This document shows, one piece after another, positions 63,619-64,000 of a stretch of 64,000 nt of DNA; position 1 is the stretch's first letter; every line of letters begins with the position of its first letter. The DNA comes from Ilumatobacteraceae bacterium (GTDB taxonomy: Bacteria > Actinomycetota > Acidimicrobiia > Acidimicrobiales > Ilumatobacteraceae). Both the position numbers and the translations under genes were made by a program. The stretch covers positions 45,128 to 109,127 of the forward strand of contig JBDTRP010000116.1 in assembly GCA_039931555.1 (NCBI GenBank), read 5' to 3'. The notes under the pieces are model-generated. The model saw only the letters and a program-made list of their open reading frames with translations, made no database searches and had not been told where the DNA came from.

Positions 63619-64000
63619 TCAGGAGTCGAACAGGGAGCCTTGGGGTTGTTCGATCATCGGCGACGAGTTGGGTGGCGTGAACGGGCCTTTCGACGCGGCC
63701 ACGGCGAGGGCATCGACGAGATCGTTCATCGGGTCACCCGAGTGGCCCTTGACCCATTCGAACACCGGCTTGCGGGCGATGCACAGTTCGATCAGTGGCT
63801 GCCACAGATCGAGATTGGCGACCGGCTTGCGTTGCGAGTTCCTCCATCCGTTGGCCTTCCACGTCTTCCACCAGATCGTGCATCCCTTGATGACGTAGGT
63901 GGAATCCGACACGATGGTCAGCGGGCCGTCGAGCGAGCGCAGCGCTTCGAGTGCGGCCATGATCTCCATGCGCTGGTTGGTGGAACGGGCTTCGCCGCCC
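63619..64000 (-). CDS. rnhA: Ribonuclease HI (5' end runs off the right window edge)
   Basis: The reverse translation continues to the window edge: ...GGEARSTNQRMEIMAALEALRSL...IVSDSTYVIKG...WVKGHSGDPMNDLVDALA. These are RNase H TNNRME-like and HxGxxxN(E/D)xxD motifs. Confidence 0.85.
   Translation of the reverse strand, partial: GGEARSTNQRMEIMAALEALRSLDGPLTIVSDSTYVIKGCTIWWKTWKANGWRNSQRKPVANLDLWQPLIELCIARKPVFEWVKGHSGDPMNDLVDALAVAASKGPFTPPNSSPMIEQPQGSLFDS

Overview
This window is a high-GC (about two-thirds G+C by eye), gene-dense actinobacterial chromosomal segment. Genes are tightly packed, with many 4-nt start/stop overlaps. There are no rRNA or tRNA genes, CRISPR arrays, transposases or integrases. 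Mycothiol-linked enzymes (Mca amidase, MDMPI-type and DinB-type proteins) point to a mycothiol-using actinobacterium. Most of the content is housekeeping or accessory metabolism: a lpd / E2 acyltransferase / lipB-lipA block, an M24 peptidase, an S9 peptidase, a PuuA/PuuD-like gamma-glutamylation cluster, NDH-2, an acyl-CoA dehydrogenase, a CoA-transferase, SDRs, a NarL-type two-component pair, MFS and MMPL transporters, a Ku + LigD-polymerase NHEJ pair and a VapBC module. The most interesting items are: (1) a DsbE/TlpA-like lipoprotein redoxin whose reading frame carries an in-frame TGA exactly where the first Cys of the CxxC motif should be (T-[TGA]-T-T-C-N-H-E-A-P), followed by a small GGUC-loop hairpin, so it is either a candidate UxxC selenoprotein or a nonsense pseudogene; (2) at the left edge, a cluster of B12-radical SAM, two glycosyltransferases, a PF14907-like nucleotidyltransferase and an HprK-like P-loop kinase, which resembles peptide phospho/glycosyl tailoring cassettes; (3) an in-frame LipB-LipA fusion; (4) four tandem nested-hairpin repeats in the ku-ligD spacer; (5) a promoter-to-terminator structured RNA of about 190 nt with a clear antiterminator/terminator alternative upstream of a lipoprotein gene; (6) several long perfect or near-perfect palindromes in intergenic regions; and (7) a frameshifted SARP-like regulator next to the MMPL gene. 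All functional calls come from motif recognition by eye. No database search was run.
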